Assembly (NCBI GenBank): GCA_965240325.2
Contig: OZ251232.1
Coordinates: 1,116,001-1,180,000 of the forward strand
Source: Rebecca billardiae RCC1528
Lineage: Eukaryota; Protista; Haptophyta
Length of the DNA stretch: 64,000 nt
Direction: 5' to 3'
Of this stretch, positions 39,089 through 51,327 are shown piece by piece. Position 1 is the stretch's first letter, and each line of letters starts with the position of its first letter. The notes under the pieces are model-generated. The model worked only from the letters and a program-made list of their open reading frames with translations, did no database searches and was not told where the DNA came from. Both the position numbers and the translations under genes were made by a program.

Positions 39089-42000
39089 CAGGGGTCTCAA
39101 CAATTAAACGTCACATTCTGACTGAGCTGCACGCCACTGCTCACCCTGCCCCCCTGGGCTGACCCAGGCGGCCCCCACGGCCCGTGCACGACGGTTTCGA
39201 CCCAGCGCGTCAGCCCCAGCGCGCGTGGGCTGGAGTTGGGCACACCAGCAGGTCACACGGCTGCAGGCGTACAGCCTGTCGCAGCTGGCCAGATCCTGCC
39301 GCAGGCTTGTCGTCACTGGTCGCGGGCCGTGTGCCCACACAGGCCAGGCCTAAATTGTGCTTGGCAGTGGATCTGGTACCCCCTAGGGTGGGCTGCATGC
39401 CACCTGGGGGGGAGCTCATGGGATGCAGCTGCTGTGGCACAGTGCCCAATCCCGCACCCCCACCTGCGCAAGGACCTGTCGGGTCAGCTCCCCTGCACTG
39501 GGAGGCCAGCAGCAGCACCCGCTGACACACCCCGAGGGTGGCCAGCCACCCGACTTGAGGGGGCTGGAGTGGGGCTGGTGCAGCCAAGAGCTCTGCAGCC
39601 CAGCTGCTGGTGGCTGGCCTGCATGGATTTTCAAGCTGACCACCCACTGCTGCCTGCCGCACCCCTCGCTGCACCCACCTGGGCTGCTGCACATGCGCAC
39701 TCTGGATGGCACCACAGCCCAGCATGGAGAGCTGGCCAAGCAGCCACCCACTCGTCAGAATGGCCAGGGAGTGGGCTGTGCTAGACCACATCTAGCCAGG
39801 CAATCAAGTGCTCACATGCCTGTCCAGTGGCACAAACAGAGATACAGCTAATTGTTGAGACCCCTGTGCGGGGTCGGATGCACTTGCACATCATCACCCA
39901 GGCTCAGCAGGAGCCCAACAATGGCTCTTATGAGCAAGAGCAGCTGCGCATGTCACGCCAGACCTGTGAAAGATGCCACTAGGGACCAGCCCAGCTCGAT
40001 CTGACCGGCAACCTCGCTGGTCTGGCACCGCTCATAGCGGCTGCACAGCCAGCTGTGGGCCACCCCACTGGCCACTGGCGCCCACTGGCCGCAGGGCAGA
40101 CGTAGCATCTGGGCTCGGGCTAGGTGATGAAACCGGGGCTGCCGTTCGGCCCAGGCGGCCCGTACGGGTCGCGTACGACACGCCAGGCCCGATCCTGCCC
40201 ATCATCTAGCTGGTCTGGCACCGCTCATAGCTGCTGCACAGCCAGCCGTGGGCCACCCCACTGGCTCCCACTGGCCGCAGGGCAGGCGTAGCATCTGGGC
40301 TCGGGCTAGGTGATGAAACCGGGGCTGCCGTTCGGCCCAGGCGGCCCGTACGGGTCGCGTACGACACGCCAGGCCCGATCCTGCCCATCATCTAGCTGGT
40401 TTGGCACCGCTCATAGCTGCTGCACAGCCAGCAGTGGGCCACCCGCACTGGCGCCCACTGGCCGCAGGGCAGACGTAGCATCTGGGCTCGGGCTAGGTGA
40501 TGAAACCGGGGCTGCCGTTCGGCCTGGGCGGCCCGTACCGGTCGCGTACGACACGCCAGGCCCGATCCTGCCCATCATCTAGCTGGTCTGGCACCGCTCA
40601 TAGCGCTGCACAGCCAGCCGTGGGCCACCCCACTGGCTCCCACTGGCCGCAGGGCAGACGTAGCACCTGGGCTCGGGCTAGGCGATGGAAGAGGGGCTGC
40701 CGTTCGGCCTGGGCGGCCCGCACGGGTCGCGTACGACACGCCAGGCCTGCTTCTTGTGCCACGCCCTGCATTGCAGGGCAGTGAAGCCGAACTTGGTGCC
40801 AACATCTTAGGGGTGGACACCTGCATCTGCATGAGGTAGGTGATGATGGCCTTGGCCCCTCATATGGGGTGTACTGGCCAGGGCCAGCTGGTGCTTGTGA
40901 GCACCGTCACGGGCTGACCAAGGTGCCTCCTCTTCTTGCCACCTGGCTTGGCCACCATCAGGCACGTAATGAGCGTGGGCTTCACCATCGCGCGAGTTGC
41001 GCCCGCCAGTGGCCGCCCACCGGCCACCTTTCGGGGTTGCATGGTAGCGGCCGGCCAAACTGTTTGCGTTTGCCCGCGAATCCGGCGGGCCCGCAAAACG
41101 CCTTTCCGAGTCGAGCGAACGCATCCGGCGCCCGGAAGCTGCTTCGGAAGGCCGACCCGACGCCTGTCGGAATCGAGACTTTGAGCTTGATTCGGGCGCG
41201 AGAGTCCAGCCGCCAGCAGCGAGCTGCCAAAGTCAGCCGCCGCATGGACCCCTGCGATGGCAGCCGCACTCGGGCGGCGTTGCCAGGCATGGCTGTACCA
41301 GCCCTGGCGGATGTTTCCGTGCTCAAATCAGCGCACTGCAGGGACTCATGGGCCCAACTTGGCATTGTACGACTGCCAGGCCCTGCCCCCTGCCTCCCCA
41401 GGGGCAGAATCACCCCTGCCGTAGCCCTCTCGCACCAACCGTGAGAGCAATCCTTGAACAAAACAAAGCAGTGTGCTGCAGAAGATCTAGGTCTTCTCGC
41501 ACGAAAGCAGGCTTGCATTCCGTCCTACCAACATGGTGGCGGATCACCCACAAAGCCATGGTGCCTATCCATGCCTGGCTTGTTCTACTGGCACAGGGGT
41601 CTCAACAATTAAACGTCACATTCTGACTGAGCTGCACGCCACTGCTCACCCTGCCCCCCTGGGCTGACCCAGGCGGCCCCCACGGCCCGTGCACGACGGT
41701 TTCGACCCAGCGCGTCAGCCCCAGCGCGCGTGGGCTGGAGTTGGGCACACCAGCAGGTCACACGGCTGCAGGCGTACAGCCTGTCGCAGCTGGCCAGATC
41801 CTGCCGCAGGCTTGTCGTCACTGGTCGCGGGCCGTGTGCCCACACAGGCCAGGCCTAAATTGTGCTTGGCAGTGGATCTGGTACCCCCTAGGGTGGGCTG
41901 CATGCCACCTGGGGGGGAGCTCATGGGATGCAGCTGCTGTGGCACAGTGCCCAATCCCGCACCCCCACCTGCGCAAGGACCTGTCGGGTCAGCTCCCCTG

Positions 42001-42371
42001 CACTGGGAGGCCAGCAGCAGCACCCGCTGACACACCCCGAGGGTGGCCAGCCACCCGACTTGAGGGGGCTGGAGTGGGGCTGGTGCAGCCAAGAGCTCTG
42101 CAGCCCAGCTGCTGGTGGCTGGCCTGCATGGATTTTCAAGCTGACCACCCACTGCTGCCTGCCGCACCCCTCGCTGCACCCACCTGGGCTGCTGCACATG
42201 CGCACTCTGGATGGCACCACAGCCCAGCATGGAGAGCTGGCCAAGCAGCCACCCACTCGTCAGAATGGCCAGGGAGTGGGCTGTGCTAGACCACATCTAG
42301 CCAGGCAATCAAGTGCTCACATGCCTGTCCAGTGGCACAAACAGAGATACAGCTAATTGTTGAGACCCCTG
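39089..42371. mobile_element. Composite Tc1/mariner-type element: two identical 778-bp TIR units around a 1.7-kb core
   Basis: Units at 39089-39866 and 41594-42371, each with the 18-bp TIR CAGGGGTCTCAACAATTA. TA TSD only at the outer ends. Uninterrupted empty site at ~4095-4145. Confidence 0.9.
40016..40747. repeat. ~187-bp tandem repeat, 4 copies
   Basis: Units start at 40016, 40209, 40395 and 40582. Confidence 0.9.
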
Positions 42372-44093
42372 TAGAATGCGTCCGCGCCTTCCGTCCAGGT
42401 CAGACAGTGCGCCACCCGCAGCCCTGCCCCCCTACGGGAGCGGGGCCGGGATGGAGCACCGCCTCGGCCTGGGGCACGCGGCGGCGACGGCAGATGCCGC
42501 CGCGGCCGAGCGCCTTCCGGAGCACTTGGATGAGGGTGAGGTCGTAGTCGATGTCGCCGCCCGCCGACCTAGCGGCGAGCAGCTCCGGCAAGCGGCAGCC
42601 GCGGCTGTCGCCCCCGTGCGCCCGTGTGGGCGCCTGGATGAGGATGAGGTCGTAGTACGCGTCGCCGCGCGCCGGCCAAGCGGCGCGCAGCTGCAGAAGA
42701 GGGGCTCGGAGAGTGAGCGCGCCGCCTAGCGCGCTCTGGGCGATGAAGCAGATGAGGTGGTAGTCGATGTCGCAGCCCGGCCCGCCGGCGGGCTGCTGCA
42801 GATGCAGTGCTTGATGCTGGGGAACCTGGCCTCCGGGCGCGTCACACCCCGCACCCCCTGCCCCACCTAGGGTGGAGCGTGGGGCACGGAGGAGGCCAGC
42901 GCCAAGGGCCAGATGGGTGCAGCGGCGTCCACCTGCTGCATCGCCCCCCGAGGCGATGCAGCCGGCGGATATGAGCGGTTTGGCCCCCCTAACTAGTAGG
43001 GGAGATACACGATCTCCAAGGTGATCTCGCTATTTGCACCAGAATCGCACTCGGTCTAGATCACATTTTGGCAGTCTGAAATTGGCACGGGCGGATTCTA
43101 CACCCTGGAATTATAAGCCTAAACGAACTCAAACGGACTCAAACAGTTACAAACCGAGGAGATATTCCATATATATTTCGAGATTTCGGGAGATTGTGTC
43201 ACTCGGGAGTGTAACGGTCGGACGGAGCTCTGACCCCACTACCGGCCGCGGGGCCGGGGGCCGCGCGGCCCGGGCTGGCCGCGCACGTTTATTTACAGTC
43301 TCGGACCGGCGCCGTCTGGCGGACCGCTCTGCGCTCACGCCGCGATGACTCCCGTCCCCTGGCCCTACCGACGGGCGGCGCGCGACCGCTACGTGTCGTC
43401 CCGCGACGCCGAATGCGCCGTCATCAGACTAATAAGCGATATGGTTCAACGCTCGAAATACAATATACATCCGACCATCCGTGATATTCCTGATGCGCAC
43501 ACCGCGAGCCATCAATCATACTTTTTTTATAAAATAGCTACTACGACATTATCGGATATACCGAGTTATACGTGTGTGTGTGTGTGTGTGTGTAGTGTGT
43601 GTGTAGCGCAGGATGATCGACGCGAGATTCATCCTGACGTCATCGCATATCGATCAACACACCGCGGGTATTTTTCAATACCAGGGAGCCTTGATGTAGG
43701 GGGCTGGGACGGGTGGTGTACAGACTGATCACTGAGACGCCCGTGCGGCCGTGAGGGGCGCGGGTACTGGTAGGTCCGAGCGCGGTGGCAGCGGTGCCGT
43801 GACCACTGACTGAGTCACAGGTCTGGCCAGGCCTCAGGCCGCGCCGCACGATGACACCGGCTGGTCGTCACGCATGCGGGCCGACATCGTCAGTCTCCTC
43901 ATCAGATGCCCGGTTGCTAAGTTGGTCACTGTCACTGTCATTCAGACAGAGTAGTAGCCGCAGTCACGTGGGTTGATGATCAGAGGGCGGAATTCGTTTG
44001 CGTAGCACGGCCGCCGGGCCGCGGATCTTTTTCCTCGAGTTATTCATAGTTTTTGATTGCCCGATTGGACGAGACCTTGCGTCACTCGCCCCC

Positions 44094-45303
44094 AAAACAG
44101 CGGCATCCCCGGGCGCCTACTACCTCAGTGACCGTGTGATCAGCATCGGTTACGACGACTCCCTCACCGGTCACCCGCGGCCAACGCGCTCCGACATCCT
44201 CCATTAACTCCATTCAGTACTTCGACAGACGAATCAGGAGAGCTGCGCCCTCCCAGTCGTATCCCCAAACAAACCTTTTGCCTGGTTCTGAAACCTTTCC
44301 GGACCGCCAAACCGGCCGCACGATGGCGGATTCGGCATGGCGGTCCGGAAAGGCTCCAGAACCATGGCAAAAGGTTTGCCAAATCCAAACACGCCGCCTG
44401 GGGAGAGCGACGCCCTGGGGGTCAAGCCTACACGGAAAATCGAGAACACACGAGATGCCCATGTACTTGAGGTGACGTTGAGCGCCCGGTGTGCGAGCTC
44501 ACTGCTGCCGCGGGGCCGCCAGCCGACGCGCACGGTGCACCGGGTCGTGACCGAGTGATGAACAGGTCAAGGTGTAGCTTGAGAGGTGCAGTTTCAGACG
44601 CGTCGTGATCCACTCACGGTGGGCATCACGTCGGACCGTTGGCCGCCTGCGGCACCGGGACGCGGACGCAGGGGCGAAGGCCGTGGCGTGCGGAGCGGAG
44701 CACGTTGGCGAGCGCCGAGCGACACCGAACTTCAACTTTTACCGCGACGCGAGTCGGCCTTGTTGTGGCCACGCAGCTCGCACGGACAAACATAACTACA
44801 AGATTCGGGCGGGCGAAGCTACCCTCCAACCAATCAGAAAGCACATTCGACTGCAAGATTCGGGCGGGCGAAGCTACCCTCCAACCAATCAGAAAGCACA
44901 TTCGGTAGTCTGAACTGCAGGGAATTCTAGCCTAAATCGCGGCGCGATTCGTCGTCGCCGAAACACATGGCTGACCATTTGAGCGCACGAATGTTTCAGC
45001 GTACGAAGATACCTTGCAGTACGCTGAGATACCCCCGCGCCGTTCTAGATTCCCGAGGTTGTGGGAGATGCCTACTCACTATTCTAAGCCGTCTCATGTT
45101 TGATGCGATTGTATGCGGGAGAACGCGGGGTCGGCCGTGAAACTTTCAAAAACCAAGCACGGCAAGCGGGTACGGTGTGCGCCTCCGGACCTCAAGGGTG
45201 GGCTCGGGCGCTTTCAGCGCCCGAGCCTTTCCGCGTCCGAAACATTTAAGGATCCGAATTCAACGTCACACAACGTGCCTGTGTCTTTAAATCATAGAAT
45301 TGG
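44094..45303 (+). mobile_element. Family A fragment split by a ~1-kb insertion (44253-45273)
   Basis: 44094-44252 plus 45274-45303 rejoin to the reverse complement of 49732-49921. Confidence 0.7.
44795..44904. repeat. 55-bp tandem duplication containing GGGCGG and CCAAT motifs
   Basis: Units at 44795 and 44850. Confidence 0.85.
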
Positions 45304-45484
45304 TACTGCCAAATGATCGGGGCCGGGGTATCCGGCCAGCCTTCGGTGCGCATCCGGACACCAGCACTCGCCGGGGTGGGGACGACGCGGGGTCCAAAGC
45401 GTTGCGGCGCGGCAAAGGGCGGGTTCACAAGCCAGAGGGCACCGTGCCCGCAAGGCAGATTAGCACCGCTGCTTTGCCTCCGCG

Positions 45485-46651
45485 ATGGGAACGTGCCTGC
45501 TGGCGCTGCTGCTCCTCTGGTCTGCGCACGGGCTAGCCACTCCAAGAGAAGGGCTGCCGGCAATTCCGCTGGCCAAGATGACGGTCGACAGTATCGCGGG
45601 CCCGGCGGGCGTGGTGCCAAGCCAGTGCGCGCCCGGTGGCGTGTGGACAAAGGCAGGTGTGCAACGGGAGCTCGAGCGCGCGCTCGCGCTGATCGCATCC
45701 GCGCCTATCGAGCGCGAGCCGTTCGAGCACTTCAGCGTGCACGGGCTGTTCTCGGAGTGCTTTTATGCCGACCTGGTCCGCGAGGTGCCACCGAAGAGCC
45801 AGTTCACCGAGGCCTACTACCCCGGCACGCAGTCAAGGGTAGGCTGCTACCTGCTGCCGACCGAGCTGGGCAAGGCCCCTCCCATTGCGTCCGCGAGCCC
45901 AATCATTGTGCCACACCATTGCTGCATCCCGAAAAGCGGCCACTCGATGAAGAGCGAGTACTGCCTCCAGCATACGTGCCGCTCGCAAACGCTGCAGCTG
46001 CACACCAACAGGTCACGCGCCGGCTGGATGATCCCGCTGCCAGCGCTCGTTGCGCGGGCTCGGTCGATGCCGCTCTGGGCGCAGCTCTTCCGGCTGGTGC
46101 ACTCTGCTAATTTCACGCGCCTGCTCGTCGACAAGTTCATGCTGCCCGACGGTGGTGGCGTGCCTTGGTGGAAGCGAGAGCACCTGCTGAAGACTGGCGG
46201 CCTGCGCTCGCTCAAGAACTCAGCCGCTCTGCGCATCGAGCCAGAGTACTACCACCTCGCGCCGCACGTAGACAAGTGGGAGAAGATCGTCACGTGGCAG
46301 TTCTTCCATCCGCCCACAGACGCACTTGCCACCCGGCGCGCGGGCACGTTCTTCTACCGCCCGCTGCCAGAGCTGGCCAACAAGTTCGTGGTAGACGACC
46401 AGGCAAACCCATTGTGGCTCAACTACAGCTACTTCGAGGCCGTCAAGGAGCTCAGAGTGATGCGCAACACCTTCTTCGCGTTCGCACCGAACAGTCGGTC
46501 GTGGCATGGCGCATCGATCGATGGCGCTCAGCTGCGTGGAGCGCCTCCTGACTCGCGTCGCACGTTCCTGGGCTTTGTGACCCGGCAAGAGGACGGCTTC
46601 CGGCACTTCACGGAGAAAGACTGGAGCCAGGAAGAAGCCTTTTATGTCTGA
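45485..46651 (+). CDS. Secreted 2OG-Fe(II) oxygenase (prolyl-hydroxylase-like fold)
   Basis: Signal peptide MGTCLLALLLLWSAHGLA; EPFEHF N-terminal motif; HxD in APHVD; GTFFY; distal His in SWHG; 2OG-binding Arg in SRRTF. Confidence 0.8.
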   Translation: MGTCLLALLLLWSAHGLATPREGLPAIPLAKMTVDSIAGPAGVVPSQCAPGGVWTKAGVQRELERALALIASAPIEREPFEHFSVHGLFSECFYADLVREVPPKSQFTEAYYPGTQSRVGCYLLPTELGKAPPIASASPIIVPHHCCIPKSGHSMKSEYCLQHTCRSQTLQLHTNRSRAGWMIPLPALVARARSMPLWAQLFRLVHSANFTRLLVDKFMLPDGGGVPWWKREHLLKTGGLRSLKNSAALRIEPEYYHLAPHVDKWEKIVTWQFFHPPTDALATRRAGTFFYRPLPELANKFVVDDQANPLWLNYSYFEAVKELRVMRNTFFAFAPNSRSWHGASIDGAQLRGAPPDSRRTFLGFVTRQEDGFRHFTEKDWSQEEAFYV

Positions 46652-46957
46652 CGCCCATCATCCAGTGTGATGGCTGGGCCTGACAGCGGGTTGCTGCCAG
46701 CCGTGTCACTGGCAGCAGTCTGGCAGTCACGCAGGACTGGCCGCATTGTCCGTGGCGGCTCTGGCGCGAGTGTCGCTGGATGCTCGCGCCACGGCTGGAG
46801 CGCCAGCAGAAGCCGATGATGCGGCCCGGCCCGCGCCCGGCAATATATCTTGCCTTTGGCCGGAACATTGCGTTAATCTGAGGCCCTTTCTCTCGAACGC
46901 CAGGCAATCCTGAAACCAAAACTGTCTTAACTGAAACCAAGAAGTGGGTTTCGGCTT

Positions 46958-47024
46958 GTATCTCCACATATTAACGACGTGGTATGCAACGTATCTCCAC
47001 ATATTAACGACGTGGTATGCAACG
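46958..47024. repeat. 33-bp perfect tandem duplication
   Basis: GTATCTCCACATATTAACGACGTGGTATGCAAC twice; the core resembles 4043 and 39031. Confidence 0.9.
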
Positions 47025-49731
47025 GGCAGGCGTCAGAGTCAGCAAGCTGTAGCAGCAGATCGAGCAGCAGAGACAAACACCAGGATCAGCGCTCCTCGCC
47101 GTCGTCCCCCCCCCTCATAGTATAGGGGGATATGTGCCGAAACGGAGATTTTCTGCGCCGGAAAACGAACTACGAAGGGAAAAACGAGCCGGGCTTGGGA
47201 CCAGGGCTCCAGTTTTCGCTTATTCGTTTCCCGAATCCAAAAAATCTCCTGCCCAAGATCGACCGTTCGACCTGCCACCTCGCCGCCCGCGGTGCCGGGG
47301 CGCTCTCGCCGTGCGCTCCGGCGGTTGTCGGGTCGGACTGCGGTGGCGGCGCGGGGCTCGAGCCGTTGCAGAGTCGCTTTGCACTCCTCTCTGTGTTGCT
47401 CGCCTTCCTCCTCCTCGCCTTCTCTGCGCCTTGACGCAGCGCGCGCGCACGCGCCGCCGTGCACGCACGGCAGCGCAAGGGATTGCGCGCCGCGCGTGGC
47501 ACGCGACGGGTCCGACTCGGGGCTGGAGCCACAGCGGGGCACGCAAACGCACGCTACGTCGTCTCGAGCCTGTGGGCCTGAACATCAGCGCGCGCTATGC
47601 TGATGCACATTCCAAACTGTTCCGTGATCTGGCAGCATCACTCACCGCGGTGTGGCGTGCGCGAGAAGCTTGAACAACGAAACTTGAGTGCGCAGACGCG
47701 ATCGATGCGGAGGCTGTCATGTTTGTGAGGGCGTCTCTAGTGGTGCCCATAGAGTAGTTGCTGGGCAGCGCCGTGTACGTGGCTGGCATCGTGTCTTGCC
47801 CACATAATCATCCCGACGCATGGCGGGGTCTGGACTCTGGTCAGGCCGCGCCTGCGGTGACAAAAAGACCTGTGAGCCTTTAGCGCATGGCAAGCAGACC
47901 GACACGCACGCTCGAGGCGGCGTAGCGTGCGTTTGCGATGGCTTTGCGTGCCCCCGCAGTGGCTCCAGCCCCGAGTCGGACCCGTCGCGCGCCACGCGCG
48001 CGGCGCGCAATCCCTTGCGGTGCCACGCCGCCGCGGGCGGGCCCATCACACTTCGCAGCCGCCGGCGCGGCGCCGATTGTGTACAGGCGGATGCGACGAG
48101 GCGTGATCGACGCATGAGCGCGACTCCACGTGCACGCCAGGCCACGCGAAGCTGACAGCCAGGGAGCACGGTGCGGGGCCGCGGATTCGTTCGGGCCGCT
48201 GCTGCTGACTGACCGCTGTCCCGGGTCACCGCGCACCGGCAGCGCCAGGATAGTTAGATGATTTGCACTGGTCCGAGTAGGGTTCGACCAGCGCCTGCGC
48301 GACGGCCGACAGGCGGGCGCGAGGCGTGATCGACGCATGAGCGCAACTCTGTCGGGATATCCGGACTCGCCGGATACCCGTGTGGCACCGAGCGCGAGTA
48401 GCTGCTCGACCGCTGCTTAAGCGCGAGGTGAGTAATCACTACAAGCTGGTGATTACACCTTTCGTCAAGGATACGTTCATTCTTTCCACTCCAATAGTCG
48501 CTCATTGACTACTCCCGTATGCGATGCTCTACCCGCTTACCGGGGCGACGCAGATACATACGGAGATCGTGGCTTCCACACGCCACGTTGCCGGTGTAAA
48601 ACCGTTTTGGAGGCTGCCTCGGCGTTTAGCCGAGCCAGCCAGCCAGGCAGAGGCTCGGGGCTATCCATCCTCTGGTTGCCCCCCCAGTCAGGCCAGGGCC
48701 CATTGCCGTAGGCCGAAGCCACACGCCTTCGTTTCGAGAGCCCTAATGTCTCAGAAACTCTACGTGCACGCCAGGCCACGCGGAGCTGACAGCCAGAGGG
48801 AGCACGCAGTGCCGAGGTTCGAGGGCACCGCAGTCACGGATCGTTCGCGCACGCCGCGCGTGCACGGGCTGACACACCTCGATCAGGCTCGGCACGCGTT
48901 GCAGAGGCACAGCCAGCTCTGGGGACGGCACGCACCACAGTCGCCCGCGCAGCTCGTCCTCCTCGTAGAGTACCGTTCAGTTCCGAGGCGTAGCCCTCGC
49001 TCAGAGTCGACCGTCGACGATGGACTCGGATCGTCGGCGCTCCCCGGAAAGGCATGGCAAGGGCGGCGCGTGGTGAAGTCGAAGACTCAGAGATCGATCA
49101 GTCCGGCATCAGGCGCCGCTGCCCCCGAGCTTGCGAGAGCCCGAATACAGGGCGGCTGCCGCGGCGCGGCCGGGGCGCCCCGGGCGACGCGCGCGGCCGC
49201 GCGCAGGCATCGACACGGGGCGGCGGGTGCGCGCGGAGTGAGCGGGGGCACGAACGCGATGTCGACGGCAGTCGGGACCCGCCACAGCCGCGCGCTCCAG
49301 GCGCAACTCGCCGCGCGCACCTGCCCATCGCCGTCCTCACCCGTCTGTCGCTCGTGCGGCTCGCCCCGGCGGCTCTCGCGGAGAGTGCGCAGCAACCAAG
49401 GTTTGGCTTTGCTGGGCCAGCCGTCCGGCTCCAGACTCGTGTCAGATAGTATTGAGATACGCCGAAGTTGGCGCATCGGCTACTGACCCTTGCCCTGTTG
49501 GCCCCTGATTACAGACACGGCGCGATTGAATAGTAGTTGATTCAACTGATTCAAGGGACGTACAACATGGTATTGGTCACATCGCGGTTCGCGGCAATCT
49601 CTATCTAGATACGTCATCGCTCCTTGGACCTTGCTGCAATCTCATTGGCCGGAAAAAATCGCTTGTAACGGTTCGTTACGTTAGGGATCCTAAAGGGCGT
49701 GAAGTTTTTTGGACGGGCGTCACTCCACGCT

Positions 49732-49921
49732 TTACTAATTCTATGATTTTAAAAAGACACAGGCACGAGGGCGCAGCTCTCCTGATTCGTCTGTCGAAGT
49801 ACTGAATGGAGTTCAATGGAGGATGTCGGAGCGCGTTGGCCGCGGGTGAGGGAGTCGTCGTATCCGATGCTGAGCACACGGTCACTGAGGTAGTAGGCGC
49901 CCGGGGATGCCGCTGTTTTTG
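49732..49921 (-). mobile_element. Family A retroposon-like 3' fragment
   Basis: Intact counterpart of the split copy at 44094-45303. Confidence 0.7.
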
Positions 49922-50165
49922 CAGTCGTCGTCGGCCTTGGTCATCATGTAGTTGCCCGCGTCGTCGTCCGAGGCTAGTTCAAGTTTAATGCCGTAGTGCA
50001 GGTAGTGGATGTGGTCGCCCGGGCCGGTGTGCGCGGCCTAGTGGCCTTGCCGAGTTGAGGGAGTAGTCGCCCTTGCCGTTGAGGAAGTCGTCGTCCTTGC
50101 CGTTGAGGCCAGTCGTCACTATGAACTTGTAGTCGTGGGCGCGTCCATTTCTCGGTGGCTCCAGC

Positions 50166-51118
50166 CACAGTCAGGGACGTCCACTGACCCTATGGGGGGG
50201 GTGCATTTAGTCGAACCCCTGGGAGCCAGGAAGCGATGAGGGTACCAATCGAAAGATCTCCGGGGCGGCGGACGAAGTAACGTAGTCCTCATCGAAGTAA
50301 TCGACGTCTTCTCACGCCTCGACGTGTTCGAAGGCGTCGTCACGTCGAACACGGAGGACTCCATCGTGCTGAACTTTTTTTTTCAAGTTCCCGGACTCCA
50401 ACGGTGAGCTGCGGCCATGTCGGGTGTCGCAGCCGCGCCCGGCGCGCGGAGACGTCAGCTGGCCAAGCAGATAGAGGACCATCCGATGACGACGGGCTCG
50501 CTGACGCGCTCGCGTGGGTGGGACAATGCGCGCGCATCTCCCAACGAGCGCAGGTACACGGTGACCCTGGCTTGCCCTGGCCATACGGATTGCCGTTGCC
50601 CGAAGCACGTCATGGTTGCCGCCACTGGGAGTCGCCGCCGGGCGAGAAGCTGCGCGTCAACTCGAGCGAGCTGCGCGCTGTCGGCGTCGAGCTGCTCGCG
50701 CCCCGGGCCGCGCCGTCAGCTCGCGGAGGCGCGGGCGTGCGCACGAGCTCGCGCTTGGCTGACGGCTCAGCGAGTTCGCGAGCGCGCCGAGGTGCGGCGG
50801 CCGCGGCGGCGGTCAATGCGTCGCTCGATCCAGCACTACGCTACGTCTTGACTAGCGAGGGAGACGCCGAGATCAGGGCTTTGTGCGAGGCGTCGCATGG
50901 TCGTCGCGAGGCGGCGCACAGCTGACGCTGTCAATCGACGCCGCTGCACGGCTCCGGCCCTCAGGCTCAGCGCAGCATTTGCGGCAGTCTGCGCCGATGC
51001 AAATCTGGCGAGTTGGGCCCCTATTGAGGCGTATTTGGTCCTTCGATGGGCTGGGGGGAGCCCCCCCCAGACCCCCCCAAATGGTTAAATGCACCCCTGC
51101 TGGACGTCCCGGACAGTG
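50166..51118. mobile_element. Degenerate TIR element
   Basis: Inverted matches CACAGTCAGGGACGTCCA / TGGACGTCCCGGACAGTG and GGGGTGCATTTA / TAAATGCACCCC. No clear TSD. Confidence 0.4.
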
Positions 51119-51327
51119 ACCAGAGCCCGGTGATGCGTGTTAGAGAATAGAGAGGGTCTCAAAATTCGAATAGCTCGGTCTCCTCCAGCCATGAAAATCG
51201 TCCCCCGTCCCTTTTTTCTTGATCAAAGATCTTTTTGAAACGTGGTTAGGGCCCACGGAGCGGGCTCCACGCTGCGCGCTCCGCCCTGCACCGCGGGCCA
51301 TAATACTACCTATCGGTAAAATTTAAT

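Larger units (their letters stand above)
37335..42989. mobile_element. Non-autonomous TIR element (11-bp TIR GGGGGGCCAAA, TA flanks)
   Basis: TA|GGGGGGCCAAA...TTTGGCCCCCC|TA. No transposase ORF. Hosts the composite element. Confidence 0.55.

Noticed and set aside
39089-42371. LTR retrotransposon or TRIM interpretation
   Set aside because: The repeats end CAG...CTG with 18-bp TIRs and a TA TSD, not TG...CA with a 4-6 bp TSD; no PBS or PPT was seen.
43103-43686. CCCTGG...CCAGGG-ended element (piggyBac-like)
   Set aside because: Only a ~9/10 inverted match and no TTAA or other TSD.
47465-48030. ~110-bp inverted repeat pair as a structured RNA or MITE
   Set aside because: Diverged and lacks defined ends; more simply two fragments of a dispersed repeat.
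48245-48300. GGTTCGA as a tRNA T-loop
   Set aside because: No cloverleaf could be folded around it.
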